Source of the DNA: Eledone cirrhosa
Lineage: Eukaryota
Direction of reading: 5' to 3'
DNA: 64,000 nt
Assembly (NCBI GenBank): GCA_964016885.1
Contig: OZ024741.1
Span: forward strand, 374,294,001-374,358,000
Every line of letters starts with the position of its first letter. Position 1 is the stretch's first letter. The notes below the pieces were generated by a model that had not been told where the DNA came from, made no database searches, and saw only the letters and a program-made list of their open reading frames with translations. This document shows positions 42,783-56,752 of this stretch, in pieces. The translations under genes and the position numbers were made by a program.

Positions 42783-43359
42783 AGTTAAAACAATGAAATA
42801 AAAATTCAAGTCATTAGAAATATATATATAGTAATAATAATAAATTTCAAGACTAAAATCCAAAGAGGGCTCGATAAGGGTGAAAGCAGCGATTCTTTGC
42901 TTAAACTTTAATCTGTTATTTTAATAAATAAATATATATATAACACGTGACAGCTATAGATACGATACGCTGCATCTAGCGGCAACAGTTAGCCTATCAC
43001 CCCGTCCTGGGTAGAACGAAAACCTGTTGAAAAACTGAATCCTCTGTTCGATCATGAATACCACGAGTTTGCCAGTCACGTAAGTCTGATATTTGATTTC
43101 GGATTCAAAGAAACACTTTAAACGTATAATCGTTTGATTTGTCCAGGTGTATTTTTCTCAACCTGTTATTCTATCGTTACTTTGGTATATTATTGTGTGT
43201 TAGATTTTGCCTACCACAATGTTCGATTTTTCAAGCTATTTAAACGTATGTTATTACTCTAAGGACCTACCTTATCGAGTGCTTTGCTAACTCATCATTT
43301 CATATAAGTAGGCCGAATTCGCTTGCAAACCGCCAGAGATTCGATTTTACTAAATTTCC

Positions 43360-43451
<92 letters not shown>

Positions 43452-43994
43452 TTTATTTGTATAACACTTGGAGATAACAATAGCTATTAATAGATAGCCC
43501 GTGTAAAGAAATTACCTGAGATATAATTATGAAGTTATTGCATTCCATAGGCACAATCATATTTTATTTAGTATGTTAGCGGCTCGCCTTACCGAGGTGT
43601 CAGGTGATGCCCGTGAGGGTGCCTGGTTGTTTCAGTGCCTTTAGCCTCATCACCACCCACAGCGAGCGTGTTGGCTTGCCTCAAAAATTTCCGTTGACTG
43701 TTGTGGTGTGTGGCCGATTGTCGCACTTGGTGGTGAATTCATGGTTGTTTTTGTTTTGTTTTTTCTCTCTCGCTGTAATCATATATGTGTGTGCATTATA
43801 TTTGCGAGGTTTCTAGAAATAATTAATTATATTTATTATTTGTGTTTATATTTTCATTCTGTAAGAATTATAAAGAATTTGTAATGTTATTTACACCCAA
43901 CATAACTCAGAAATGAAAATAATAAAGTTATATAAATTTAGTATGTTGTGGTAAAATTATTCGATAGAACACAATTATGAGATAGAAGTGGCGC

Positions 43995-44160
43995 AATAAT
44001 GGTTTCTGATTTAGGCACAAGGTCAACAGAGGAAAGTCGATCAAATTGACTCCAGTGCGTTAGTGGTACTTTATTTTACTGATCCCGTAAGGATGAAAGG
44101 CAAAGTTAACCTCGGCGGTATTTGAACTCAGAACTTAAAGGGACGTAACTATGTAGCGAA
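43995..44160 (-). mobile_element. Nin/Deu-core SINE
   Basis: ggtactttatttta...aaggatgaaaggcaaagttaacctcggcggtatttgaactcag. Confidence 0.75.
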
Positions 44161-44903
44161 ATATCTCCACATATACTGACCCCTAAACAACACGGTGTTC
44201 AGTTTTTCTTTATCTCAAATTAACGCCAGTTAGTCTGGACAAACTGGCGAACTTGGGGTTATTTGAGATGACATTCTGCTCTCGTTTCTCGGAAGAGACA
44301 AACATCATACGGATTTGCTCTAGCAAGTAGAGAGATGTAGTGCTTATAGCCCAAAACTCCAGCCTTCTCCACAGGGTTGGCACCTCGATAAAGGTTAGTT
44401 CAATGTATTTTGTCAGACTACTACTGCATTCACACAAACGAACCACACAAAATTTCTGATTTTACTGCAGATTTACCCATGCGAAATATTACACAAACTC
44501 ACAGCCTTAGATTTTGTACTTCTAACGTTTTTATTTTCTTTCTCTTTGCATGTTCATTGTTCTTTCTCTTCCACTGTATTTACCTGCCTTTCACATGACC
44601 ACACTCATTTCAACGCACTCATAATCTTCTCCACTTTCTGCTCACCCTTTACTTCGTCCTCGCGCACAGCCCACCAATGTCTTCGTTCAACCCGTCGGTG
44701 GCCCGATGTTTCGATCGAACTATCACCGGCGATTGCCGATTGATAAAGATGCCACCACTTTAACCTAATCCACTCTAGGTGGTGGAGGCATGCGTCGAAC
44801 GACCAAGAGACCTGCTGGTGGAACGACTATGTGACAACCGGTCAGCCTTCGACTTCTCACTCTCCACCAACTTCGGCGCGCACGAGAGGAGCTAACTTGT
44901 AAC

Positions 44904-47271
44904 TTGTCTCCACCTACCTCCTCCTCCTCTTCACTGCAGATTTCGAGCGAATTCAACCCGGCCAACCCCACCATCCCTACAACTGTTAGCCCACCACCCA
45001 ACCTCCGCTCTAGTCCCACCGTTAGAACCACTGCTGCCTCCTTTACTGACTCACTCCCTCCGCCGAATTCCAACGCTAGCCCTCTACCGCCAGCGGCTGC
45101 CAGCCCACCACCTGATTGCGCTCTCTGTTCCCGCACTAGCCGATACTTAAAGACAATTAAATGTCACCTATGCCACGCAAGCTACCACAGAAGCTGTGTC
45201 GGCATCATCAAAGCTCAAGCCGAAAGGCTTCAATACTGGACCTGTAATCGGTGCCACTTCAGCTCCGACGTATTCCGTGGGGATGCCCCACACTTCGATG
45301 ACCAACTCTCAACCGAGGAGTTTGCCACAGCCCTCCAGGGTTTCTCCAAATCTAAGCTCATCAACCGGATCCCTAAGGGAGCTCGGAATAGCTTTGCACG
45401 TGCCCTCTCTAATTTATTGAAAAACGTTTGCTCGTCCAACAATAGGTCTGTCTGGCAGAAATTGTTTTTGTTTCCTCTCATCTCACTTCACGTGCACAAT
45501 ACGAATTCGGGTTCCCTCACGTCTTCTCTCAAGCGGCAGTTCCAGCTGTTTGAGTCTACCCCAACCACGTCTCACCTCAGTTCTACATCAAGCCCAGTGT
45601 CCACCTACAGACAACCAATATACCTCAAGCGAGCGGTCAATGCCAAATTCAGCGTCTCCTCCCTTCTCTGTCCTCCCTCGCTCCGTGCAACTCTGATTCT
45701 CTTGAGCGACTGAAAGAGAAGCACTCATCGGCACCTCCAGATGATCAGCTACACTGGCCCGAACCACCAGAATACTCGAGACCGGTTTACAACACCGATA
45801 TCATCAGAAAGGCGATTTCATCCTTCCCCGTTGGGTCAGGCGCGGAATTGACGGCCTTCGTCCTCAACACCTGAAGGATGGTATCTCCTTATCGGCCGGT
45901 AACGCCGGACTCGAGCTCTTGGAGAGTCTGACTCAGTTTGTGAAATAGTTCTCTTCAGTGAACGTTCTCCCGTTCACCCGCCCACTGTTCTTTGGTGCGA
46001 AGCTTTTTGGTCTCACCAAGCCCAACGGAGACCTGTGCCTCGTTGCGGTTGGCTGCACCCTTCGCCGCCTCACTGCAAAGGTGTGTATGCTGTTGGTCTC
46101 CGACTCACTGGCGGAGGAATTTCCCCCCATCCAGCTGGGGGTGGGTAAGGCTGCTGTCCACGCTACCAGAGCCTTTACCAACTTGCCCTCCTCGTCCCCC
46201 AAGGTCATCCTCAAACTTGACCTCAGGAACGCTTTTAACTCCGTCAGCCGCGACGTCGTCCTCGACTCAGTAAGAGAGAGGGTTTCACAACTCTACCACA
46301 TGGACTAGTTCCAGCAGGGAGTTGGGTGAAGCTCTGCGGCAATGGAGTGAGTTGGGCTTGTTTCTTCCTGTGAAGGTGGAGGACAGTCGAAGTCAGAGAA
46401 CTTGGGACAGCATAAGTTCGAAGGCCACCTTCGATTCCCTCTTCGTCCAATCAGATCAGTTTTCAAGGTGTCGCTTACTATCTGCCAGCGCCAAATACTC
46501 AGGCGACTGGGTTGATGCCCTACCCGTGGCCAACATTGGTGGCCTACTCAGCCTGGACGAACTTTGTGGCTCCATCGCCCTCAGAGTGGGAGCTGATGTC
46601 TGCATGGGTTTGAGGTGCCGATGCGGCAAACTCCTCGACTCCACTGTCTTTCTTGCCGCCCGCTTCGCGCTCACAGGGAGCTAAACCTCATTCTCAAGAT
46701 AGATTTGGCCCCGACGAACATCCCCTCAATCTGGGTTGTCCAGAAGTGACGGCCTTACCCTGTGTCGAGAGGCAGGTGCCTTGTCTGGGACGTCACTGTT
46801 AGTGACTCTTTTGCTTTTTCCCACATCCTGCATGCTGTAGTTAGGATAAGAGCCACAGCTTCCGCATCCGAGCCGAGCAAAACCCTCAAATACTGTGATC
46901 TGTCGGCCAGCTACATTTTTCAGCCTGTGGCTTTCGAGACGTTTGAAGGAGTCGGGCCGCTGACTGCGAGGTTCCTCTCTTCATTGGCGGCTCGCCTGAT
47001 AGAGGTAACTGGCGAATCTCGCGAGGGCGCTTGGTTGTTCCAGTGCATTAGTCTTGCCATCACCCGAGGCAACGCTGCGAGTGTGCTGGCTTGCCTCAAA
47101 AATCATTAGAGAGGTTTCCCGGTACTCTTCACGACGTTGCTGTCTTTTGCTCTGGTGTTGGCTTGGTTGTTCACCCCTTCCTTTACATTTTCTTTAATAT
47201 ATTCTGTAAGGTAATCTCCGTAATAAATATTTATAATATTTACATATTTGAAGATACAAAAAAAAAAAAAA
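44904..47271 (+). mobile_element. Decayed CRE-clade non-LTR retrotransposon with N-terminal PHD-like finger, partial RT and REL endonuclease
   Basis: CALC..CHLC..YHRSC..WTCNRC; RIPKGAR; GLRPQHLKD; GCTLRRL; PIQLGVG; KLDLRNAFNSVSRD. An internal deletion near 46300 removes the YxDD region. Then CRCG, VWDVTV, FQPVAFETF..G and AITRGNAASVL, with an A-tract at 47258-47271. Confidence 0.85.
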
Positions 47272-48067
47272 TTCACTTGATTCTTGTTGTTTTCTTGTGT
47301 TGTCAACAATAGCTTCGACGAAAGTTATATCTTTAAAAACATTATTATAGTAGCGATGATTGTTATTGTTCATCGGATATTGTTAATGACAGCTTTACTT
47401 TCAACTACTGACTATGACAACGAATACAGACACACATCTCGACTCACTGAGACACACACACTCAATTAATTTGCCATAAGTCATAAACATTCCCACAGCG
47501 CTTATTTTGGAGAGAGCAATTCATGGAATCATCCATTAAGCCCACAACATCTGCCAAACCAACTCTTCACATACTACATCAAAAATACTTTCTACAGACC
47601 AGTCAACGTGAATAATTGTTTCTATTTTAGGCACAAGGCCAGCAATTACCCACGTGAATAATAATACCACTTTGCAGTGGATGAGAGATGTCTTCTCTTG
47701 TGCAAATGGGTATAGCTTTCATTATGCAGTAATACACTGGGTAATTGCTGGCCTTGTGCCTAACGTAGAAACAATTATGCAAAATCTCCCCGTTTTAGGG
47801 CACTTTTTTCATGGTACTTCCCGTTTAGGTTTTTAGAGGTTGGTAGGTCTGTCTGCGTTATAAAATAGAATATGTAACTTATCCGATGTGGATAAAAAAA
47901 AAGACGAAATTTTCACTGAATCTAATAAAAATAAAAACAGTAAAAAATAAAATAAAATATCTGTTTATAGAATTGTAATTTACCTAGTAAAGAATAAGCT
48001 GAACCATGAGAAAGGATACGCAATCACCACAGCCCCAATGTTACGAGCGCAGACGATAAACTATACG

Positions 48068-48250
48068 AAATGTTCATAGGCTGACCAAGATACTCTCATG
48101 GGATTACCAAATGAGGTTCATTTTTCAACATAGTCCCTGGAAAGAAAGAATGCAGTTATTCATAAGAGTTGAAATTAATGCATCCAAGATTACACAGCTC
48201 TAGCATCGCCCCTTCATAATCAGCCTATAAACTTTTCAGTATACCTTCAT
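48068..48250. mobile_element. Tc1/mariner-type MITE, second copy
   Basis: Colinear with 13558-13735 (ctgaccaagatactctcatgg...caacatagtccctggaaagaaa...). Confidence 0.7.
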
Positions 48251-50063
48251 GTAAGCAGTTTTCTCCACCTTTTATTGTGTATATAATTTCAATTATGAAG
48301 TTAGGGTATTTTATTTTCATTGATAATGTTAACAATGAAAATCGCAGTAATGATAAATGAATTTTGTATGAAAAATAGAAAGGAGCTCTCAAGATTCTGA
48401 CCATATTAAAATTAATTTATTTATGTTTGAGGTGCGGGGGGATTATCATGGACCTCAAACGTATCGTATTCATGATTTGTTTAACTATCAGCTGGGCGTG
48501 AAACGAAATATGCACTTCGCAAATGTCAAATATATATATGTGTGTATGTGTGAGAAAGAGAGTGAGCAATTGACATGTGTATATATGCGAGAGAGGGGGA
48601 GAGAGTGAGCAATTGACATGCGTATATTTTCAGAGTATAACTATTTTAGATATGTCACCAAATACGGACTGGTCATTTGAGCAATGCCCGGTGGGCCGCT
48701 GGGTTAGGTGGAGGGAAAAAAAAACAGCTGAACAATGAGCTAATCTAATGTGACATGCCCCAGTCTTAAGATCCAGTCCATTTTTGGATATTGCAGAACA
48801 TAATTTTTGTTGTCATACACTCTTATGGTAGACTTAATATCACCAGAAACTCCTAACCAGCCGGGAAGATAGTGGTTCTTAGTCTTGAGTCAATAACAGA
48901 AGAAAGCAACAGCCAAAGGGAGCTCTATATATTTGCTCGACCTGTTAGAAAAAGCAACCATATCATAGCACTGTCACAGAAGAAAAAGAAAAAAATTAAG
49001 AAAAACACTAGATAATGTAGACCTAAAGAGTCTGACAAAAGATGGGGACGACCATAACAATCCTAAGTCTGTTTGACTAGTGCTAGGGTTAAATAAATCT
49101 CCTTCAACATAAAATTTGGGTTTATGTGGAAATTTGCAGTATGGTTAAAAATTAAAAAAACAACGATAGTGCGGAATGCAAAAAAAAATAATTTGTTGCT
49201 GTTTTTTTTTTCAATAGCTGAAACGAAAAGTTTCGTAAAAACGGTCTTTAAAAATAAAAATATATTTTTACATATACATGAAGTATTAAGTATATTTTAT
49301 TTTTATGGCTAGATATTTCATTATAAATGCAAACACAAATACACGCATATATATTAGGGGGCAGTAACAATCCACCCTAAAACATAAATTATTAATTTCG
49401 GTAATTCAAGGAAGCCAGATTATGCTTTTTACATTCCCTGTTGTGCTTAATTTCTTTCTTATCACGCCGCGAATCTCATCATTCTCCAGAATATATATAG
49501 TTTTGAATTAAGATCGTATTACTTATCCCACATCTTATGTTTAAAATTTTTCATCTTGATGTTATAGTCACTTATATGTCTGAATTATTGTTGGCTTTTT
49601 GCTTACATTAATTTCCCTATTTTCATTTATATATATATGTGTGTGTGTGTATACGTGTGTATATATATACGTGATGACTGTTCATTTCTTCACAACCGAA
49701 AAATACAGTGAATTTTTTTTCTTTTGCATATACACTAGCACTCACATACACAAATATATATATTCATTTTGTTGTAGAAATTATATCTAAATAAAATTAA
49801 TATACCTATACTCCACTAATGTACTGAGTACCGTTTTTTAACAGTGGTCACTTCGAGTTACATCGGGATCCCACATATTATATATATATATCATTTTCAA
49901 ATTATATATGTGTGTAATTTGAAAATGTGGGAATACCAAACGCAGAAAGTAGCTAACAACAGTCGATCGTTACGGGGTCGATAAAATAAAGTACCAGTAA
50001 TGCACTGAGTAATTTGCTGGCCTTGTGCCCAAAGTAGAAACAGTTATAAATAATAGGTTAGAA

Positions 50064-50209
50064 CAGTCATAGGCAAACTGCGACCCGTTTGGCTTCGTGA
50101 ATGACACGCCGAATTTCAAAATTGCCTTGAACTTTTTAGTAGTGCGGGCCGCCTTATAATAAGCCACATTCTATGCGGTCCAATGCTCCAAAAAAGTTGC
50201 CCATGCTTG
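50064..50209. mobile_element. Degenerate hAT MITE
   Basis: CAGTCATAGGCAAAC ... GTTGCCCATGCTTG, flanked by near-identical 8-mers GGTTAGAA / GCTTAGAA. Confidence 0.6.
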
Positions 50210-52017
50210 GCTTAGAAAGTCGAGTAAAATACCCCTATATACGGAAAAAAAAGTGACCAGCAGCCGCTAAGGTGAAACGAACTGTATCTCTTGACATACA
50301 TACACACCTAGTGTTAGTAATTCGCCGTAGATGTCAGCACTGGCACTTCCTGTCAGCTGCATGAAACTTAACATGTTTCTTATGAGAACGAATTTGAAGT
50401 ATAACAACATTTATATTCTAATTACCGAAAAAGAAAACTTGGTTTAAAGGTAACGACTAAAATACATATTGTATATAGTAATGTTTTCTTTCTCAAATGA
50501 ACACTGATATGGTTATATTTATAAGCCACATATCATTGTTTATGTGTGTTCTGAGCCACAGCTGTGTTTTGACGAATTAAAATCGCGTGGTTAACAATCA
50601 AACAAAAATAATCATTCTTCTTCAATTATAATTCCATTTGCATCTGACATAGGAAATGTTACAGTTTTATATTCATCTTCTGCCCGCTATTCAACAATTC
50701 AAATCAAGCCGTGATGTCTTTACCATGGTTTGTACCAGGGCTGAAGCCTAGGGACCCGTCTAAGGGTTAATACGGCCCAGGATCGTATCCAGTTGTATCC
50801 CCCATCGGTCCTTTGCTATAAATTAAATACTGACTTTAGCCGGTTTTTCGTTGCGTTACTATATTAAGAAATTAAGGGCCGAAACATTTGATTGAGTTCC
50901 GGGGGGGGGGGGGGGGGGCTGCTGTCCAGCTCTCCTTCTAGTTTCTTACCACTTAAAATATTAAGCATACGATTAAAAAATGAATGTTTTGACATCGTTG
51001 TTTACTGTATGTTGTTCATAGCGCTAGTATTTAGTGTTTCCTCATTTCCAAGGATGTTTAATCCGCTAGCTTCCATTCTATCAGCAACATATCCGTGTTT
51101 CTTTGTATATAGCTTCCACACGGTTTTAACGTGTTCCATGATAGATCTACAAATATCTATATTTTATTCACAATTGTATCAATAACATTACAAATTGTTT
51201 ATAATTCTTACAGAATGAAAATATACACATAAATAATATAGATAATACTTAATTACATAAATATTCCACATTAAAATATAAATTTAAAGCGAAAAATTAT
51301 ATATATATATTATAATCATGTTTCACATAAAAATGAAATCCATGGAACCTTATAATACACAAAATATATACAATCAAAGCGAAAAAAAAACATCAATTCA
51401 ACACTAAGTGCATCAATCGGTCACACAACACAAAAGGGCATCGGAACCTCCCTCATAAATTGTGTTTATGTCAAACCTTGCTTTTAATTATTACTTTTTT
51501 TTCTGAGGAACCTCACATGCACGTAAGGATTTTTTGTATTTTTTAAAATATTTTATTTAAGACAATATGAAAGTCAAAATCATAGGTTGTGAGTGACGAG
51601 AATATCAGGATATTTTATTTAGTTGATATGGGGGTACAGATCATATTTTAGGGAGTCAATTGATACCACTACAGTTTGAAGATATTGTAATTCATTTTCC
51701 ATACACAGCAAATACTTGTTAAATATCCTCAACATTAATTAATGATCACTGACAAATATTTAAAATATCATGATTTAAATTAGGGGAATTCCTGTGATTA
51801 AGTACTTGGTTTGATGAGCATCTTAGCAACAAATTCGTGAATGGATGACTAACACACATTTCCGTTTAATTTATCCCTCACATTCATCGAAATGTCAATA
51901 TTTTGTTTGTTTGACTATCGGGTCCACAAAGTACACTTTCTAATCATGAATGTACAAACCAAAGTTTAACTCCTTACATTTGCCATAAAGCTTCAAACGT
52001 TCTTAGTTTCTATTACA

Positions 52018-53982
52018 AATAATTGTTTCTACTTTTGGCACAAGGCCAGCAATTAATCCAGCGTATTACTGGTACTTTATTTTATCGACCCTGTAAGGAT
52101 GAAAGGCAAAGTTAACCTCGGCAGGATTTAACCAGCTTCTGCCATATTCTGTGATTATTTTACATTCGTTGGAACCAAGTCCATAATAATAAAAACTCAC
52201 CGAATAAAAATCCTAGAACAGAATCCCCATATAATAAATAATTGTTTCTACTTTTGGCACAAGGCAATTATATCAGTGCATTACTGGTACTTTATTTTAT
52301 CGACCTCGTAAGGATGAAAGGCAAAGTGGGGGAAGGGGAAAATCAACCCCAGTGCGTTACTGGTTACTTTATTTTATCGAACCCGAAATGTATAACTAAC
52401 CTCGGCGAGATTTGAACTCAAGGCGTAAAGGGACATAACTCTAAGCTGCACAGATGTTGTCCGACGCTCTACTGATGCTGCCAATAAAAATAGATAGCAC
52501 GTTTCTATTTTTTATACAAATTTCATTTAACATTTTAGGCACTAGTATATCATTGTTAGTGAAATTGTACAATTAAAACAACTTTTAAAACGAGGAATAT
52601 ATAAAAACTTCAAATAGATTTTGTCTTATTCTTCTTTTAAAATGAGGTAAATGTTGATGTCGATATAGGTTTGGCTTATTACTTATCAAGTTAATTACAT
52701 TTCATATTAGCTATTAAAAAAAAGACTATAAATAGATTTTGTTTTATCTTTTACTGTGTTTCTTTTCTTTTTTTTCTCGTATGGTAGGGAAGGCGTTTTC
52801 TCTTGTGAATTTTTGTCTGGTCATGTTTTCTCTTGTGGATTTAACTGTATTTTGGCTAATTTTCACACAGTGGAGAGACAGTTAGTTCACGAGGGTGTAG
52901 TCACTTTTTTCTTCTTAATTTGACTCCTTTTTATCCAATCATTTTGATTTTAATAGTGCCATTCGCTATAATCGGAGTATAACCCATTTAAACAGTTTTC
53001 AGAAAAAGAAAACTATTTATTTGTGGTACCTAGGGTATGACACGTTCCATGGGCGTCATTTGGACTAGCAGCACTTTCTATTAAAGTCAGATACGCTATC
53101 GTCGGAGAGTGAAAAAAGAAACTTCTTCAGATGTATGATCTGTCTTGCCGAGGTTGACTTTGCCTTTCATCCTTACGGGGTCGATAAAATAAAGTACCAG
53201 TAATGCACTAGGTAATTGATGGCCTTGTGCCTAAAGTAGAAACAATTATCAAAGCAGTATGGTGGCTGGATCATTAAACCACTTATATAAATTATTAGGC
53301 CCATACGCGATTGTTATTTTTGAGCTGATTTTATGCTTATCTGAAAGAGAGCTGTCAGATTATTTGGGCAGGGACACAATTTCACTGTTTGCCATAGGCG
53401 CAATTTTCGCAAGTTACGCCTCTGTATCTATCAGACATAGATAATAAGAAATTGTTGGTATTTACTTTAGATATGCTTATAATATTTATAGATGCAACTA
53501 TCGCCCATGGTTCCCTAGTATTTTTTATGCCTATGACTTGATAATTGTTGTTAGCATGATATCATAAATAAATATATTTTAAATAAAACTCGGTGGTAAA
53601 GTTAAAATTATATAAGGGATATAAATGCACAAATAACATTGCATAAGTAAAATTAAAATATGAGATAATATACATTTCACAAAACCATGATAACTTTCGA
53701 CAGGTATCAACATATAGTTTATGTATCTATGGACCAGTAACTCCTGGTGGAGTCGGAGGAGTGCCGTAGTGACATCCCCCTTCATGTCTGAGAAGAGAGA
53801 AAGTAAGAGTTATAGAGGAAGAATCGACTCCAATATTAGACTGATACTTTATTTATCGACCTCGAAAAGATGACAGGCAAAGTTGACCTCAGTGAGATTT
53901 AAACTCAGAGTGCAGAGAGCCAGGATGAATACCACAAGGCATTCTATCCGATGTTCTAACGATTCTCTCAATTTGCAGCCTA
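52018..53982. mobile_element. Cluster of Nin/Deu-core SINE copies
   Basis: Copies at about 52018-52130(-), 52238-52485(-, two partial), 53095-53250(+) and 53815-53982(-). Confidence 0.7.
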
Positions 53983-54089
53983 TATAGTTTACATGTTGTC
54001 CCAATGTCCTTTATGCAATCGAATCATGATATAACCAAAAGTGAGTGGAAGCTTCTAAGTGATTGCTTGACAATTTAGTTATTGGTCAA

Positions 54090-54680
54090 AGCAACAGTTT
54101 ACACCAAACTTATTTACTGGTAAAATTAACAGTTTACGCCAAACCTAATTTTTGGTGAAATTAGTAGTCTATACTAAACCTAGACATTGGTTAAATTAAT
54201 GGTTTATATGAAACCACATCATGAGACTTATGACTGTATCAGTGAGCTGCTCAACTTCACCAGGCTTAGACCAATCACATCAGTTGTCAGGTCAAGAGTG
54301 CTTAAACTATACAGTCATATCAAAAGATCAACTCGTGGTGTAAGTAAGTTATGCCTAGAAGGAAAGTTGGCTGGTAAGAGAAGCAGAGGTCGGCAGCCAA
54401 AATGATGGCTTGACAATGTCAACTTATGGACTGTGAACTCTGCTGTTGGTAATCGAACTGTGTGGAGAAAAATATCTCATGTTGATGCGCAATCTGCAAC
54501 TGGCAGAGTTTAGTGTCTGCATGTATATGAAACCTAGCTATCGGTTAAATTAACAAGAAACCTATTTTGGGTTCAAATTACATTTATACTAATAACTAAG
54601 TTTGGTATAAATGTAATTTGACCAATTTGGTGTATAGTGTTAATTTAACCAAGAACTACGTTTGGTGTAAATGTAACAAC
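54090..54680. mobile_element. Fold-back element with ~33-bp subterminal repeats, interrupted by an RTE fragment (about 54215-54500)
   Basis: acagtttac.ccaaac.ta.tt..tggt.aaatta repeats on the left and inverted ttggtgta units on the right. The insert encodes CLEGKLAGKRSRGRQPK*WLDNV. Confidence 0.55.
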
Positions 54681-54757
54681 TCTATATGGGAATTGTTGAT
54701 CTGGAATGACTTAGCTAAAAATGTATATGATAGTTACTGATGGGACTCCTGTCTTTT

Positions 54758-55240
54758 TCTTCACCCACTTATTCTGAAGTGGGTTCTGTCAGAAATAACT
54801 GTTTTCAATTGATCCAGCTGGATCTCCAAGCAAGACCAGCCATCTTGTTATAGGTCTCCTGTCAGTTAGTTTTGCCCATAAAATCTGTCCAGCGATTCTT
54901 TCCTGATACAGTCTGGCCACATGTCCATAGAATTGGAGCAGTAATCTCTCAATTTGGAAAAGTAGTAGCTCTACCTGGAACGACACTGATCTGCGAGCTA
55001 CACACTCTATCAAGTAACAATAGTCCAAAAACCCTTCGGAGGAACTTCATTTTGGCCGCTTGTATTCATGACTGTATTCTTTTGATCATTACCCAAGATT
55101 TGTAACCATAGGTAAACGTTGGCATGAATACTGAATTGAAGATAGCTAGTTTGGCTTTTATACCTACCTTCCTTCTTCTGATTGCTGAATGCTGAAGCTG
55201 GCACATTACTGCACCAGCTCCTGCAATTTGTGCACTTATA
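54758..55240 (-). mobile_element. CpG-decayed RTE 3' fragment
   Basis: KAKLAIFNSVFMPTFTYG..SWVM and FQVELLLFQIER...FYGHVARLYQERIA. Another piece at about 61135-61335. Confidence 0.75.
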
Positions 55241-55900
55241 ACTCTGCTTGGTAATATGATACTTGTATTCAAGAACTTCAGTTTTTCTCCTTAGTGTCTG
55301 TCATAAAATTGTCATTCTTACTTTAAATGATTTAGAAGATATGCTGTGTAACATGTCTATCTGGTTTAGAATAAAGGAATCAATCAACAAGATCACATTT
55401 ACTTACCGAGTGGGGTGGAACTCATCAAATCGGACCAAGGAAACAATGTTTCCATTGGTTTTTCCATTGCTGATGTTATCTGCTGGTAGAAAGAGCAATG
55501 TAAAGTAAAATGTCTTGCTGAAGGACATAACATATCACCTGGTTCAGGAATCAAACTCACAACCTCGTGATTGCAAATCCAACACTCGTACCACTAAACC
55601 ACATGCCTTCACAGTTTAGAAAAGATACACCATATCCCTGTGTTGTAAGAGACAACTAAAAAGGTTGGTGTCGGGTAAGACATCTGGCCATAAAAAAAAC
55701 ATTGCCTCAAAAAAGACACTATGATGATGTCATCAGGCCCATAAGGCTAACTCTTGGTCTAGAGGGAAAATGGCCTTAAAACTTTGTTTTTAAAAGATAT
55801 TCAGTCTTGGGTTTAAGTGTATATGTAAGACACTAAAGCATAGAAATGAAACATATTTTAGGTGTTTGGTTTTTATAAAGAAAATGGTTAGGACACTGTC

Positions 55901-56100
55901 CAGCCTCTGGCCCACAGATGTGCTGTCTTTTTCTTATGCTTCTACCATTACTACTATGGTCTTTGCTCTTCAGAGCTTGCTGAATACATGCTACCTCCAC
56001 TCAGGTTCTCCCACCTCACTTGTATCCCCTCCTCCCATCACTCTTGTTCTGCTTCCCCAGTACTTCACAAACCTCTATACCGTCCTTGTTAAAAACATCA
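55901..56100 (+). mobile_element. L2/CR1-group (Daphne-like) LINE ORF2 C-terminal fragment
   Basis: Frame from 55901 reads QPLAHRCAVFFLCFYHYYYGLCSSELAEYMLPPL, matching the PL.HRR...L.FYRYY.G.CSSEL pattern. Confidence 0.6.
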
Positions 56101-56752
56101 GCCATCTTGATTTTCATGCCTGCTCGTGTTTTGGGTTTTGTTTTTAAGAAGTGGACCTGCAACAATTTAAACAGAACTTCAATTCCATTATCCTTCTGGT
56201 CTCGGAGAGTCAGTGAAGGGCCATGGGCACTGTCCTTCCTCAAGACCTACCATTTAAAAAAAAAGGCATTGGAATTGATATCAGCCACTTTGTTTCCCAT
56301 ATATTTGTTTGAAATTACACATAGAGGGATATAACCTTTTACCTCACAGTGTTGATCAAGGGATATGTGAGATATTTTATATGCTGCATATCTAAAGTCC
56401 AAAGTCTGTCTCGAGCCCAAAAGCTCAAGCTCGTGCTTATCCTGGTTTCTGTGGCATTAAGTGACTGAGAGTACAAGACTTCCCTGGACAGGATGCCAGT
56501 CCATCACAGGGTTAAACCCCCAGAGTTATTGTTGCTGGTCCTTTTTTATAGCTGAGTCTATTAAAGCAATGTGAAGGGAAGTGTTTTGCTCAAGAACGCA
56601 ACACAAAACTCAGTCCAGGAATCGAACCCATGACATTATGATCATAAGTCCAACACTCTTATCACTCAGCCATGCACCTCCACATGTGAATATGTTCATA
56701 TATAAATTAACATTTTTATTCATTTTTTTAGTGGTTTGAACTATTGAAATCT

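Noticed and set aside
50320-50456. Candidate Gemin8 promoter and first exon (ETS-like cacttcctgt, donor-like aag|gtaacg)
   Set aside because: Plausible but about 7 kb from the CDS and not distinguishable from chance without transcript data.
53726-53810. Apparent minus-strand terminal exon (HEGGCHYGTPPTPPGVTGP-stop) after a strong pyrimidine tract
   Set aside because: The pyrimidine tract looks like the tail of the adjacent SINE (similar tails at about 5510 and 61600). No partner exons or recognisable homology.
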